Source: Podarcis muralis
Taxonomy: Eukaryota
Direction: 5' to 3'
DNA length: 64,000 nucleotides
Assembly (NCBI RefSeq): GCF_964188315.1
Contig: NC_135667.1
Coordinates: forward strand, 25,110,001 to 25,174,000
This document shows positions 12,554 through 25,045 of this stretch, one piece after another. The stretch's first letter is position 1. Each line of letters opens with the position of its first letter. The notes beneath the pieces are model-generated. The model saw only the letters and a program-made list of their open reading frames with translations. It was not told the DNA's origin and ran no database searches. Made by a program: the position numbers and the translations under genes.

Positions 12554-13867
12554 TTTTTACAGGATTATGGGACATTAAAATGGTCAACCTTTAAAGAGAT
12601 TTCTAGGGCCATATTATATTGTTACAGATCTGGAGAAGCAGACTTGGGGAGCAAAGGATCCCATAACTGCTAGAGTTAGGGAATGTTAGAAATTAGTATA
12701 TGGCAGAATTTAGTTAATGTCTGGAGTATGAAAGGGAAGGTGCCAGACTAAACAAAAATAAATAAATCACATGGGAATAAGTGCCATTAAGGTATAATTA
12801 CTGGACAATGACCATCCATTGACCTTCTGCCTGAGCTCTGGCTAAATAGAAGAGTTGGGAGGGGACGGTTACAGGAGGCATGATGTCACACAGGAAAAAT
12901 GTGCCCTTTTGGAAAAATAAAAGAGGTCTAGATAAGTGGGGTGAGTAAATAGAGGTTGGAGAAAAAGAGGGAGAACCCCACAAGCTGCTGGGAAGACAAG
13001 AACTGTCTTGGTGGGATGGCTGAAGGCAGGTTGGGAGAGAGGCATGGAGATGCCTGGGAATCCAGTGCTGGGCTACAGTGAAGGAAAGGCTCCACCTGAA
13101 ATGTAAATGTTGTAAATTCTCTCCAAACCCAGGTGTAAGTATTTCTACAATAAACCATATTTCTTAAAGATATTAGTCTCCACTATGCCTTGATTTCCCA
13201 GATACAACCCTGTTTGAGCACATGGAACTCCCTGGAATCTTGCTACCACTTGGCAGAGATTAGAGCAGGGGTTGGCACACAGACTTTTTAAAAAAAAAAT
13301 CATTTCTAGATGTGAGGGTCACAGCCATGCTTATGGGGTTGACACAAGGATAATATATCCCCCAATGAGCCAAACTCAAACAGGCTCATGACTAAGTCTA
13401 TCAATCAGTAGTACCTCAAGTCTTTTTTTTTATATTAAAAAAAAAAATCATTATTTGAAAATCCACATAATTGCCTGGGGGAAGAAATTTGAATATAAAC
13501 TACTTCCGTTGCAAAGGGGGGAAACTGCTCCTTTTAAAAACAGGGAATGATTTTATTTCCAAAGGAGGCTTGCAAAGCTCACTGTGCAGTACTTCCTAAG
13601 CACCAATCGCCAGCTGGGTGTCAGTTGTTGAGCTTTTTTGACTTTTGGAAATTCCCCCCGGACAATTTCAATTCCACTTTTCAAATCCGGGAATGTCTGG
13701 GAAAATCAGGACATATGGCAGCCCCACAACCAAATGATCAGCAGTGCCTGCAAAGCCTTTTTCTCCAAGTCCCACCTATAGCTGCCCCTCAGCTGTTGTC
13801 ACATATGACTTCACATGCAGGACAGCTGGGTGTGGCTTGAATGAATAGGATGATGAATGAATAGGAT

Positions 13868-14150
13868 AGCTTAATGGGCAATAAAAGGCCACAACTTTAT
13901 TGATTACAGCATGTGAGAAGGTATTGGCTTAGGCATTGGAACTTGAAGCAAAAAGTGAGAGCAATGGCGTGAGATGGCTGGCGTGGCCGCATTTGAGTGG
14001 CAAACCACACCCCATCTGCGCATCCCGATTGGGTGCTCAACCGGGGGGCATAGCGCGCCAGAGGATGGCGCAGGGGGCGGAATGCATGGCGATGATGGGA
14101 ATCGTCTCCCGCTCACAACACCTCCCGTCCGGAAGGAGGAGAGGCCCTGT
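13868..14150 (-). mobile_element. LTR-like fragment (3' part), unit-2 specific
   Basis: CpG-rich. Reverse complement has cctaagcc...tgtaatcaataaagttgtggcc, shared with the elements at 20679 and 62640. Replaces ~440 bp present in unit 1. Confidence 0.6.
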
Positions 14151-15491
14151 GAGAGAAATACATTTGTTAAACACTAAACTTAACATTTTGACATGGATTT
14201 ATTTATATATGTAAGCATCATTACACTTTAATGCAGAATTGAATTAATATATGCAATGGTGATACAGACTAGAAATATACTGATTCAACCACCCCTCGTT
14301 ACACATCCCTACTGTGTCTGAACAAAGCTCTGAAACCAGAGCATAGAGTTCCATGTAAGTAATATAGACATAGTCAATTTATTTGTAACCGCATATTCTA
14401 CAAATACATCTGTGCTTGAAGCTGTTCACAAAAATATCTAAATATTGGAACATATTTTGTTGCTGGCGTCCTTTCTCAGGATATGATGAAAAAATACATA
14501 TGCTGTAGAGACTAATGTGGGAGAGACATGTTTTGTTGTAGCTGGGGCAGATGAAGGAGCAAATTTACAAAACACAACAATACTTCATGACACAAAAGAA
14601 TAATGATGATGATAATTAATATTCAACAAAAATAACAGTTCATATAACATACATGAAAATTCAAGAGTGCAAAGTTCAACAAGTCAAGTAGTTTCACATC
14701 CTAATGCACCATCAAAACTGATGGCATCAGTGCCTAGTAACCTCCTACCTTTCATTTACGCCTGATCCACAAAGTCCAGAAAGTAACTTCAGACTTCATC
14801 TGGAAATGGATCCCTTATAAAGACTCTTATGGCTAGAGTATGGGAAAAAGCAAGCAGAAACAGCCATTCACTGATGAAAAACACAATTTATTTTCCCTCA
14901 CAGCTCTTCTAGAAGAAGTTACATTATGAAGGCTCTTGGAGTGTGGGGCAAAACATGTGAAACCAAAGTCTCTCCCTTCCCCTCATATTCACACCATACA
15001 TTTAAAGTGAATTGCTTTCCCTCAAAGAATCCTGGGAATGCTAAGTCACTCCTCACAGAACTACGATTCCCAGCACCTTTAACAAACAACACTTTGCCTG
15101 TTTTGCTCTATTACCAAAGGGACACTTAGGGGGAAGGATCTAATTAAGAAGGGGAAGGATCCAGCTGCAAGGAACAGAGGAACAGGAACAGGAGGATCTG
15201 GCAGTATATTAGTCTCCTCTGGACCATAGCTGGTTGAAGAGCTTGGTCATGGACAAGGGTGTAGTGCTACAACTGAAAAGACTCTCACTCTCTGTTCATA
15301 ACCCGCATAACCTCAGATGGTGGGGGACATCTTTAGAGAAGAAGTTTCTCTGTAGATTAGTGTAGGAGAAGGCAATTCTCCACAGTCATAAAACCCAGTC
15401 AATATGCATGATGGACAACACAATCTGTGCTGTTATATTGAAAATGTGAACTCTCATGTAAGGTATATATTCTGAAGGTGTATATAGTACC

Positions 15492-16439
15492 TTAGTTATG
15501 TTTTATTCTGGAGGTTAGCTTCTTTAGGACATCTTTTAACACCTCTTTCATTTGTTCATTCCTTAGACTAAAGATGAAAGGGTTCAATAAAGGTGTCAAG
15601 ATGCCAGAGAAAATGGCTAATGCTTTGTTCATGCTCATGGTGTCACTCTGAGATGGCCTGACATAAACAAAGATAGAGATTCCATAGCCCATGGAGACAA
15701 CAGTGAAGTGGGATGCACAGGTGGCAAAGGCCTTCTCCCTTCCCTTTGCAGAAGGGATTTTGAGGATGGTACTGATTATGTAGACGTAAGAGACAGCAGT
15801 GAATGAGAGAGAGCCAAGCAGTAGAAGCAAAGACCCAATGAAATCTATGAACTCGATAAAGCTGATGTCAATGCAGGCGAGGTGTAGCAAAGGGGCACTG
15901 TCACAGAAGTAGTGATTAATGACATTAGGTCCACAGTAAGGCAACCTCACTTTCAGCACTGTTGACAAGAACACAGACAAGAACCCACCGATCCAAGAGC
16001 CAATCAGCATATTGACACAAACTTTCCCAGTCATGAGAGTGGGGTACCTAAGCGGGTAGCAGATGGCCATGTAGCGGTCAAAGGACATTGCAGCAAAAAG
16101 GATGAACTCTGTAGAACCCATGAAGAAGTAGAAGTATGACTGAGCAAAGCAACCACCAAACGAAATAGTTTTTCTTTCAGCCAGGAGATTGGCTAACATT
16201 TTAGGCACGACACACGTTGTCATGAGTATCTCGATTAAGGACAAGTTGCTGAGGAAGAAATACATAGGGGAGTGAAGGCGATGATCCGTGCAGATGAGTA
16301 CAATGATGAGTGCATTCCCCAGCACTGTCACCAGGTAAATGAGAAGGAAAACTATGAAGAGGATGATCTCCACATTTGGTTCATACATAAATCCAAGCAG
16401 AAGAAATTCACTGACATTTGTCACATTCTCTATTTCCAT
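15492..16439 (-). CDS. Olfactory receptor, OR6-like (315 aa)
   Basis: Intact ORF: LHSPMYFFLSNLS, MSFDRYMAICYPLRY, HYFCD, KAFATCASHFTVV, PLLNPFIFSLRN. Start MEIENVT (ATG 16439) just after acceptor ccttcattcag. Confidence 0.95.
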   Translation of the reverse strand: MEIENVTNVSEFLLLGFMYEPNVEIILFIVFLLIYLVTVLGNALIIVLICTDHRLHSPMYFFLSNLSLIEILMTTCVVPKMLANLLAERKTISFGGCFAQSYFYFFMGSTEFILFAAMSFDRYMAICYPLRYPTLMTGKVCVNMLIGSWIGGFLSVFLSTVLKVRLPYCGPNVINHYFCDSAPLLHLACIDISFIEFIDFIGSLLLLLGSLSFTAVSYVYIISTILKIPSAKGREKAFATCASHFTVVSMGYGISIFVYVRPSQSDTMSMNKALAIFSGILTPLLNPFIFSLRNEQMKEVLKDVLKKLTSRIKHN

Positions 16440-16724
16440 GTTATGGCATCCTGAATGAAGGAAGGAGGGGAAGGGATGATCATCAGTACTAGCATTGTAA
16501 ACTTCATTGCAAAGAATAAATAGAAGACCCATATTCCACACAGAGTTATATTACATAAACAAGTACCATAGTGAAAAGCAAATGATAGTTGTATTGTATG
16601 TATTACTTGATCTTGCTTTGTAAGGATGGGATCATGTTTTCTGTTTCTGCGAAGCATGTAAATGTAAAGACTGAAGTGATGAAACATATTTTGCCATCCT
16701 TATTACCCGATGATCAGGTAACAA

Positions 16725-16726
<2 letters not shown>

Positions 16727-16761
<35 letters not shown>
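16727..16761. repeat. (GT)n microsatellite
   Basis: Directly visible. Confidence 0.95.
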
Positions 16762-16762
<1 letters not shown>

Positions 16763-18089
16763 AACGTATCATATATGTAGAAGATTTTAACAAGCTACAA
16801 TATAAATACTATTAAAGGATTGAAATATGTCTAAAATACTGGGCTGCAAGGGAATGTAAATTTCCTTATGAGTAAGCATCACAATAGGTTATACTACAAG
16901 TAATCATAGATAAAGTTGTTCTGCATATGACATTAAGTTTTCTATCCCAGACTATAGTGCAATAGCTTTTATTGCAAAATATTTTAGTAATAAGTAGAGA
17001 GAGAGAGAGAGAAGTATCAGTTTGGCAACAGGTAAGTTTCCTTGAGAATCAATTTAGTTTATATCCAATTTATTTATTTCATAAAATTTATACATCACTT
17101 GATTGTAAAAACAAACAAACATCAAGGTGATTTACAAAATTTATTGCTATCATACAAAAATTCTTGTTTCAAAATGTTGAGCTCCTCAAGCTTCATTTTA
17201 CTCCCATCTACAAAATCAATCTTAACTGGATTGTGAAATTAGCTATGAAAAAGTAGTTGATTCTATGAAACCATCAAATGAATGGTTTCATGCATCAATG
17301 AATAAATATCAATGCAATAGTTTAAAGCATATTGGAGCTATATTGGAGCCTATATTCTGCAAAGGTGACTTAGACATATGTGAAATGAATAATAAATAAA
17401 ATCTATATTATCATCTGCATTTTCTAGAAAACAATATCCCAGTTTAGAATGTCTGTAAGCATTCAGTTGATAAATGGTTGGTACATGTGTATATTGTGAG
17501 AGTGAGCAAAGCGAGGTATCACAATTATCTTACCTTGCAAATGCTCAAGTGTTCTTCTGTATGCATAGGAAAGATCACTGGTAAGATTTCTAGGTGTATG
17601 TCGACGTCAGATAATGTGTCCAGAATAATGCCTCTCATCTGCAAAGTTGTTGGTTTTTATTACTGCAAACTGCATGTGGTTTCTGAATGTAACTACACTT
17701 CCACATTTATCAAATATAAGGTCAACATCAAAATAATAACAAAGTTTTCCCGCTGCAGATTTTAAAGAATGAAAGCAAATGCAAATTGTTAATAATAAAA
17801 CCCCAAAACAATTGACCCCTACACAAAGTAGAGAGAATAACACAGCCCTTCTGAAGATGAAATAGTTTTCCTGCCCCAGTCTATTAAGGATGGTTGGATT
17901 CTGTTGTTTCAAACTTTATGCTGTTTCACCTTTTCCTTAGGGAATGTTGCTTGCTACCCCTGACAACATCCCCAGGGAAAAAGGGAATGGAAGAATATTT
18001 GTGTATATATGCACCCAGGACACGTATAAATTTTAGGAGAAGATGCCCACAACATTTCATCACATGACTAAAAAGAAACTTTTTGGTTT

Positions 18090-18672
18090 TCTTTAAAGAA
18101 GTGAACAAACATTGCAGAATCACTTTAACCAGAGTGTGGGACTTCACAGCTGGCAATGCAAATTTGGCTGTGAGCTGTGAGGAAATAGGCCTGGAGAACG
18201 GTTCATGAAGTATGGCTATGAGGTGAAGAACTTCATCAGCCTGGACAAGAAGACCCTGACCTGGACAGTAGTCGAGGTGCCAGCCCAGGTGCCCAAGGGG
18301 GGGGGGGAGTGTGAACGCAATGCCACGCTGACCTGGAAAGGCTACTTAGAGGAGGAATGTATGGAGTAATTTAAGAAACTCATGGACTATAGCAAGACAG
18401 CCAGAGGTGAAGGTGACCAGGAAGGCTATGAAGGTTTGAAGACCTTCCTTTGCCAAGCCCACAGCTTCTACACCAAGGGGATTGATGCCAACTGGGTGGA
18501 GGATGGGGAGATCTGACAGGAGGGCACCTTCTGTGGAGTGGTCACACCCAACTCAGAAAGGACCTACTATGCTTTGTTTGGCATCAAGACAGACCCCAAG
18601 GAGAGGGACCACTACTTGTGCCATGTGGAGCATGACAGCCTAAAGGAGCCTCAGGACATGGCTCAGGATCTC
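18090..18672 (+). pseudogene. Processed (intronless) MHC class I alpha-chain pseudogene: end of alpha1, alpha2 and alpha3
   Basis: Translates LQNHFNQS|VGLHSWQCKFGCEL*...MKYGYEVKNFISLDKKTLTW...WKGYLEEECME*FKKLMDYSK, then PEVKVTRK..LCQAHSFYTKGIDANW..TPNSERTYY..YLCHVEHDSLKEP. No introns at the domain junctions; several stops and frameshifts. May extend weakly to ~17840. Confidence 0.88.
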
Positions 18673-18689
18673 CAACCCAGCTGCGGAGC

Positions 18690-19040
18690 AAACCGTTTGG
18701 GTGCCCTGTGCCCAGGGGTGGGGCCAACCGCCCATGGGAGCAGGGCCAGCTGCCCGCGGGGTGGGGCGAGTTGGGGTAGAATGCTCTGCGGGGCCTCTGA
18801 GGAGTCTGCCTGCCTCCTCCCACTCAGCCGCCCTACAGCTGAGGGGGAGACAGCAGGTGCACCCTTTGGGGCATCGTTGAGCCTGCGGGTGCCCAAGCCA
18901 CCACGTCACTTCCAGGAGAGACGTGTGGCTGCAGGCCCTGTGGTGAGTGCTGCCCAGCATTTTGTCACCCCTTCAGTGGTGACACCCAGGGTGGACTGCC
19001 CCCCCACCCCTGCTCCCACCACCACCCTCACAAAAATGAT
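18690..19040. mobile_element. GC-rich interspersed repeat, probably non-autonomous DNA transposon
   Basis: Sharp GC/CpG-rich block in AT-rich background, abutting the MHC pseudogene; ttttgtcacccc...gtggtgacaccc motif. Family not resolved. Confidence 0.35.
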
Positions 19041-19718
19041 TCACCTCTTGTGTTAATAGAAAATATCACAGTAGGCATGAACGTAAGAATTTCGGCAGAA
19101 CTTAATTATCAGGAGACTAATTAATACGACCCACATTTTAAATAAGAATTCAGTTGTGTGTTTCCACAGGGAACTAATGAGTCAGGGAATGTGGGTTAAG
19201 CATTTCTTGGAATTTATTTAAAAGTTTTTTTGGGGGGGATACAATTCTTTGCCTTTCATTATTTTGAAATTAGGTAGAAAATATATCTTGGGAATAATGA
19301 AAGCATTGACACTCCTGGGTAAGATGGCAAAGAAAGAAATACAGTTTTGCAGCTAATTAGTTCTTAGAAGTTGTTAGAAATGTTTATCTATGGAATTAAA
19401 CAGTATTAATCTACAATAGATGGCATTTGGCATTAATACTTACACATGTAAACTTGTACTAATCAACAACATATATTTTTCTGGTTGACATTTCTGATTA
19501 GCCAAAGCAGGCATTTAGTATTTTGTTCAATCTACATAAATCCACTTGGAAGGTACTTTGACACAATGCTTCCTGCATAAACTTATAGTGGGTGGGAGAA
19601 TTCTAAAATAATTTCAACATAGAGAAAAGTACATTTCTAAATATAATATTGAACAGTTTAATCTCTTAATTGCTGATTTCATTCTATAAAAATATAGCAC
19701 AGTAAAGCATTAAGGTGA

Positions 19719-19719
19719 C

Positions 19720-19768
<49 letters not shown>

Positions 19769-19960
19769 TTATACCCCACCCATCTGGCTGAGTTTCCCCA
19801 GCCACTCTGGTTGGCTCCCAACAGAATATCAAGCATTAAAAATGCCTCTAAACAGGGTTGTCTTCAGATGTCTTCTAAAAGTCAGATAACTGTTTATTTC
19901 CTTGACATCTGATGGGAGGGCGTTCCACAGGGCGGGCACCACTATTGAGAAGGCCCTCTG
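19719..19960 (-). mobile_element. L2 LINE 3' end with (TAA)n tail
   Basis: (att)n followed by ttataccccacccatctggctg...gggagggcgttccacagggcgggcaccactattgagaaggccct, a squamate L2 3' signature. Confidence 0.8.
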
Positions 19961-20433
19961 TACTCAGTAGTGCAGCAATATTTGCTAAACTTCTTTATTT
20001 ACATATAATACACTCGGAGCATTCTGACTTAGCTCCTTCCTCTTTCTCATCAGGCAGCAAAGAGAAAGAGACAAAGGACAATAGTCCTACATTCTGGAAC
20101 ACAGTAATATAAACATCCTGTCTCTGTCACTTCCCACTATGTGGAATGAAAACATACACTGTCATATGATAAAAAACCAATCCCATGACTGCAACACGAG
20201 GCAAGAATCCTAACAGTAACTAGGGACTACATGCAAGCAGAAAGATTGTGTGTTGGGACAGGGAAACAAATGGGTGCTGCATGCTAGAGCTGTGCACAAA
20301 AATTTCAATCTGCCCTGAAGCCCTTGTCTATGCCCTTCCTACTCCAAGATTGGGCTGATTTGCCTTGGTCTAGTCTGGAGTCCACCCACCTCACCCCAAA
20401 TCCATCCCCAAAGCCATTTGGGTTACGTTAAAG

Positions 20434-20439
20434 GTTTGT

Positions 20440-20473
<34 letters not shown>

Positions 20474-20515
20474 TTTTGTGTTTTGTTTTGTTTTGTTTTG
20501 TTTTGTTTTGTTTTG
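20434..20515. repeat. (GTTTT)n microsatellite
   Basis: Directly visible. Confidence 0.95.
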
Positions 20516-20678
20516 ACAACCATATAAAAAAGCCAGGAGGAAATCCACCAACACTCTGCAGGATCTGATTCTATTACTTAGCAGCTGTCCAATTCTAAAT
20601 GGTGCTGCTCCTTCATGAGGAGCTTCCTTGTATGCAAAAGAATCTGCTTGCAAAGAGCTAAAACTCCTTCATGAGGTT

Positions 20679-21519
20679 TGTGTAACTCAGATGAAATGAA
20701 CATTCACATTTTATAATGTGGGAGCCCTTTACAGGATCGCACGCGGTGCTACAGTTCCCAGGGAACTATCTAGTAGAGAGGTGGCTGGCCTGCCTCTCAG
20801 TGTTATTATTTGGAGGTTCATGCCCAGCCTCAGTAATCAAGTTTCTTGCTGGGAGGTGGGGCCAGCCCATTTATAATTAGGGGGTGGAGCCGACAGTATC
20901 CAGGCAGTCGGCTTAGGAGATTCACCCTCCCTACCCTCCCTTTGATTAATGTTTTCTTGTTTGCGAGTTAACTTTTTCTTCCTGTTTAGCAGGCGCTGCT
21001 ACGGTCTTTGACTGGTAGCTGTTGAAGGACCGGGAAGAAATTTTCCTGCATTGGCAGGTTTTGTCTTCACCGTAGCAATTCATCACAACTTTGGCGGTTA
21101 TGGCCTTGGGTGGAATTCTTTAGTCTTTTCTTCCCTATAATGGGGGGGGGGAGGTTTGAAGTGGTAATTCACCCCCCTGCAGCGGTGATTCCAGGGACCG
21201 CTCTTAAAGGGGTTATATATAATGGGTGTCACTGGTCATACACTGAAAGGTCGTCAGTGAACTACCCTGAGTGCGGGGATATGGGCTGGGCTGCCTGCTA
21301 CACTTACATCTCACAGAGCACCCCCATATCCCATTTACCCTGACGAGCCCCAGTTCCCCCCAGCTGGGAGGCTGGGAGGGATACACGCACAAGGCCTAAG
21401 CCAAGGTCTTCCTACATTCGGAAGTTTAATAATGCTGTGGCCTAATTTTTAATTCCATAATGTCAAGAGTCTTTATTCCTTTCTTATGATCCCTGGGGGC
21501 TGCAGCACCTGGTCACACA
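20679..21519 (+). mobile_element. Solo-LTR-like element
   Basis: tgtgtaac...gtcacaca imperfect inverted termini, TATA-like cccatttataatt, 3' cctaagcc...aataatgctgtggcc. Internal motifs shared with 62640-63667. No TSD found. Confidence 0.6.
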
Positions 21520-23454
21520 ATGATACCTTCTGAATGCTGATGATGCCTTAGACTCAGGAGACCACATTCTTGCCACTAGCTCCCTATCTTGGTCACTTGG
21601 ACAGCATTGATGGCCTTGCTATGCTTCCCACTTCATAACTCTAGTCTAGAATATTTTGAAGTATGCATTGTACCCCCCCCCCAGCATCGCCCCAAGAGTA
21701 ATATCCATACTAACTGGGCCTCCAAGGACTTTTTTTATTAATTAGTTTGTTTATTTATTCAGGTTGTGTGGGGATTGAATAGACATCTTTTATGCATATA
21801 GAGAGACAGAAAGAAGGGCTGAGGTTGCCATTTTTCCTGCCATTGCAGGAACTAATTTTAAAATCAAATAGGTAAGTTTTTCAAAACACTTGGTGTTGGA
21901 ACCAGTCTTTTTAGCAAGGTGCTCTAGTGCTTTATGGAGGTCAGAAGAGACTTTACTCTTAGCAGGATTCATCGCTAGACACATGGGGTTTTAGATTGCT
22001 AGTGGATAAAAAAATATGTTAAATCTAGAACTTTAGTGCTCCTTTCCACAGAGAACTCATGGATTTATGCCACTTAACTGTCCATGTTTTAACAAGAAAT
22101 GCAGACATGCTAAATTCTAGACTTATTTTATTGTCCTTTTTATTGTGTGCTTAACTTGTTCATATACTGTACCTGTTATTACAGAACCTATAGGAAACAC
22201 TTAACACGTATGATTTTCCTTACAAGAACAAGTCCATAATGGTCTGGCAGTAGCCATCATACTGCAAACAATTTTATTTTTCTTCTTTGATGGACATGTA
22301 AGCATGGATAACTCAGTCAACAAGAAAGTGAGTAATTACAAAAATCTATCATCTATCTCTATCTCTCTATCTCTCTATCTGATGTTCATACCAGCATATG
22401 AGGTGATATAGCTCAATGGCAGACCACATTTCCATGTAATGATTTCCATGTAAATATTCTAAGATTCAATCTCTGGCAGACTGCCATCATGAAGACAAGT
22501 AGTTGGAGGTAAAGCCCATCAAAATTACTGGGCTTCCCTGTCTCCCAACTAAGTAAATGTAAGAGGCACTAGCATCCTGAGGTGTGTGGTTGATGTCTTA
22601 ATGTAGATATCAGAAGGAAAGGTTTGGTTGATCGAAATGGTAGCTGCCCATCCTTCTTCATGTAACTCACATGTTACTACTGCTTGTTTATTTGAGGTTA
22701 GGGAGATATCTGGATTGGAAGAACACACTGCAAAAGTAAAGAGGTTTCCAAAGGAAGTTAATGCTTTTCTCAAATTTTGGGAACCTCTGCAGTGTGTGTC
22801 CTAGTGTGTCCTGTGTCCTAGTGTGTAATTTTATACCCACTTAACAGCAAGCAAACTCTGATATTAAAAACTTATAGCACAAATATATGAAATTTGCCCT
22901 CTCTAGCCTTATATGTACAAATGCTGCTAGTGCATATACACATACATTAGGACATTATGTTACACTGTTTCATATGCAGCAGGTAAGTTAGTGTTGGAGC
23001 AACATTATAAACTGGAACTGTGTGTGCCTTAAGCACTTGTTGTCCAGACACTTTCATTATCTATATCACAATAAATAGAGAAATAATAGTACACAGGATC
23101 AAATGCACAAACAGAGAAATTTGATGACTTGTTTACAAATTAAGCTTGATTTAATGTGCATGTGTACATTTATACAAGTAATGTACAATTGGGGCCAGCT
23201 AGCACCCATATAAACTCCTCACCCAATATTCACATCTCTAATGAGTGACTTTCATGTTTAAACATATTGCCACAGGAAAAAAAAATTGTATGCCCTAGCA
23301 TCACCCCAGTGCAATATTTTCCAAATGACATTTCCAGCTACTAGTCATCAATTAAGCAGCAATTAAATGTAGATCAATGAAGCAATGTGTATGTTTGTAT
23401 GAACAAGGTATTTATGACTATTAACTGAATGTATACACTAACTATAATATCTAG

Positions 23455-23650
23455 AAGTTTGGTGATTAGTATTGGACTTAGACAAGGGAGATCTGCATTT
23501 AAATTCCTGTTCAGCCACAAAGCTTATTGGGTGGCATTGAGGCAAGTAACCATTTTACAGCCTAATCTATGTCTAAAGGTGACAGTGAAGATAAAAGGGG
23601 GGGGGGGGTTCATCACCTTGAGCTCTTTGGAGATAAGTCAAAATATACAT
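23455..23650 (+). mobile_element. Old tRNA-derived (Squam3/CORE-like) SINE remnant
   Basis: Degenerate match in layout to the young SINE at 62807; a similar reverse copy lies at ~25090-25265. Confidence 0.45.
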
Positions 23651-24094
23651 TTAATAATAGGATCATTCTGTGACACTATGTCTCTTATGAGTGACTCAAG
23701 AAATTCCTAAATGTTATAAGCAACTGAGGAATATACTTCTGGGAACCAAGCATAAGATAAGGTAGGGATGGGGAACAACTGACACCCCCCCCCCATTGTT
23801 GTTGGACTACAGTTCCCATTATCCCTGACTATTGGTTATGATGGGCATGGCTACTGGATGTTGGAGTGAAACTTCTGGAAAGCCAGAGGTTCTCTATCCT
23901 TAAGCTATTTATTTTCTCTCATACAGCAAAGCAGGAAAAAGCCAGTAAAAGTCAGGTCCAGGAAATCAGTCAGCTAGCTGTCCTGGAAAATGGTGGCAGT
24001 CTGGAGGCATCTGAGATGTAGCACTGTGGTTCCGATACCATTTGTAACAAGATGCTTTCTCGTTATCTAGGTGGAGAGATAAATATGATGAAAC

Positions 24095-25045
24095 ATGGAA
24101 AGGAAGAATGCAACACATGTAACTGAGTTCATCCTAACTGGTTTTCCAAATCCTTGGGAGATAGAGATCCTCCTCTTTCTGATATTCTTCATCATTCTGA
24201 TGGCAACAATGATTGGGAACACCATAATCATAACTCTTATAATAATTGATTACCGCCTACATTCCCCCATGTATTTCTTCCTCTGCAACTTGTCTGTCAT
24301 TGAAATTTTTGCAACTCTGACAGTGGTGCCCAAAATGATGCAGAACTTCCTACTGGAAAAGAAATCCATCTCTTTCTATGGGTGCCTGGGTCAGTCATAT
24401 TTCTATTTCTTGTTTGGCACCTCTGAATATGTTCTACTGGCTATGATGTCCTATGATCGATATGCAGCTATATGCTACCCACTTCGCTACAGCACAATCA
24501 TGAGTGGGAAGGTTTGTGTCAATCTTGTTGTAGGTTCCTGGATGAGTGGATTCTTCTCCATACTTGTTCCCACGGTGATGAAGTTAGGCTTGCCTTACTG
24601 TGGCCCTAATGTGATCGATCACTTTTTCTGTGACAGTGCCCCTTTGCTCCACTTAGCCTGTACTGACATCAGCCTTGTGGAGCTTATTGACTTCCTCGTC
24701 TCACTTCCCATTCTTCTGGGTTCTCTTTTACTGACACTCATCTCTTACTTTTATATTATAAACACCATTCTCAGGATTCCTTCTGCCACAGGAAGGCAGA
24801 AGGCATTCTCAACTTGTGCCTCCCATTTCACCGTGGTTACAATTGGCTATGGCACCTCTGTCTTCATTTATGTTAGGCCTTCCCAAGCCAATTCTATGAG
24901 CTTCAACAAAATTGCCTCTCTGGTCACAACTGCAGTGACACCCTTGCTCAACCCCATTATCTTTACATTTAGAAACCAGAAAGTCCAGGAAGTTTTTAGG
25001 GACTCAGTTAACAAGTACATAAAGAAAAGAAAAGAGGGAGATTGA
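24095..25045 (+). CDS. Olfactory receptor, OR6-like (316 aa)
   Basis: Intact ORF: LHSPMYFFLCNLS, MSYDRYAAICYPLRY, KAFSTCASHFTVV, PLLNPIIFTFRN. Acceptor ttctcgttatctag just upstream. Confidence 0.96.
   Translation: MERKNATHVTEFILTGFPNPWEIEILLFLIFFIILMATMIGNTIIITLIIIDYRLHSPMYFFLCNLSVIEIFATLTVVPKMMQNFLLEKKSISFYGCLGQSYFYFLFGTSEYVLLAMMSYDRYAAICYPLRYSTIMSGKVCVNLVVGSWMSGFFSILVPTVMKLGLPYCGPNVIDHFFCDSAPLLHLACTDISLVELIDFLVSLPILLGSLLLTLISYFYIINTILRIPSATGRQKAFSTCASHFTVVTIGYGTSVFIYVRPSQANSMSFNKIASLVTTAVTPLLNPIIFTFRNQKVQEVFRDSVNKYIKKRKEGD

Larger units (their letters stand above)
8975..16145. repeat. Tandem segmental duplication unit 2 (intact OR-A' and OR-B)
   Basis: Colinear with ~545-8420. Lacks the BovB and MITE insertions; carries a unit-specific LTR-like fragment and an expanded (AAT)n. 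Confidence 0.9.

Noticed and set aside
13484-13505. TAATT-GCCTGGGGGA composite enhancer motif
   Set aside because: Not conserved in the duplicate unit (6480: tatttgcagggggaag).
18538-19056. 172-aa ORF as a novel gene
   Set aside because: A chimera of the MHC-I alpha3 pseudo-exon end and an adjacent GC-rich repeat.
21335-21390. Hammerhead ribozyme core (CTGACGA) in the LTR-like element
   Set aside because: A GC hairpin follows, but the required GAAA core is absent (gatac) and no stem I/III or NUH site could be drawn.
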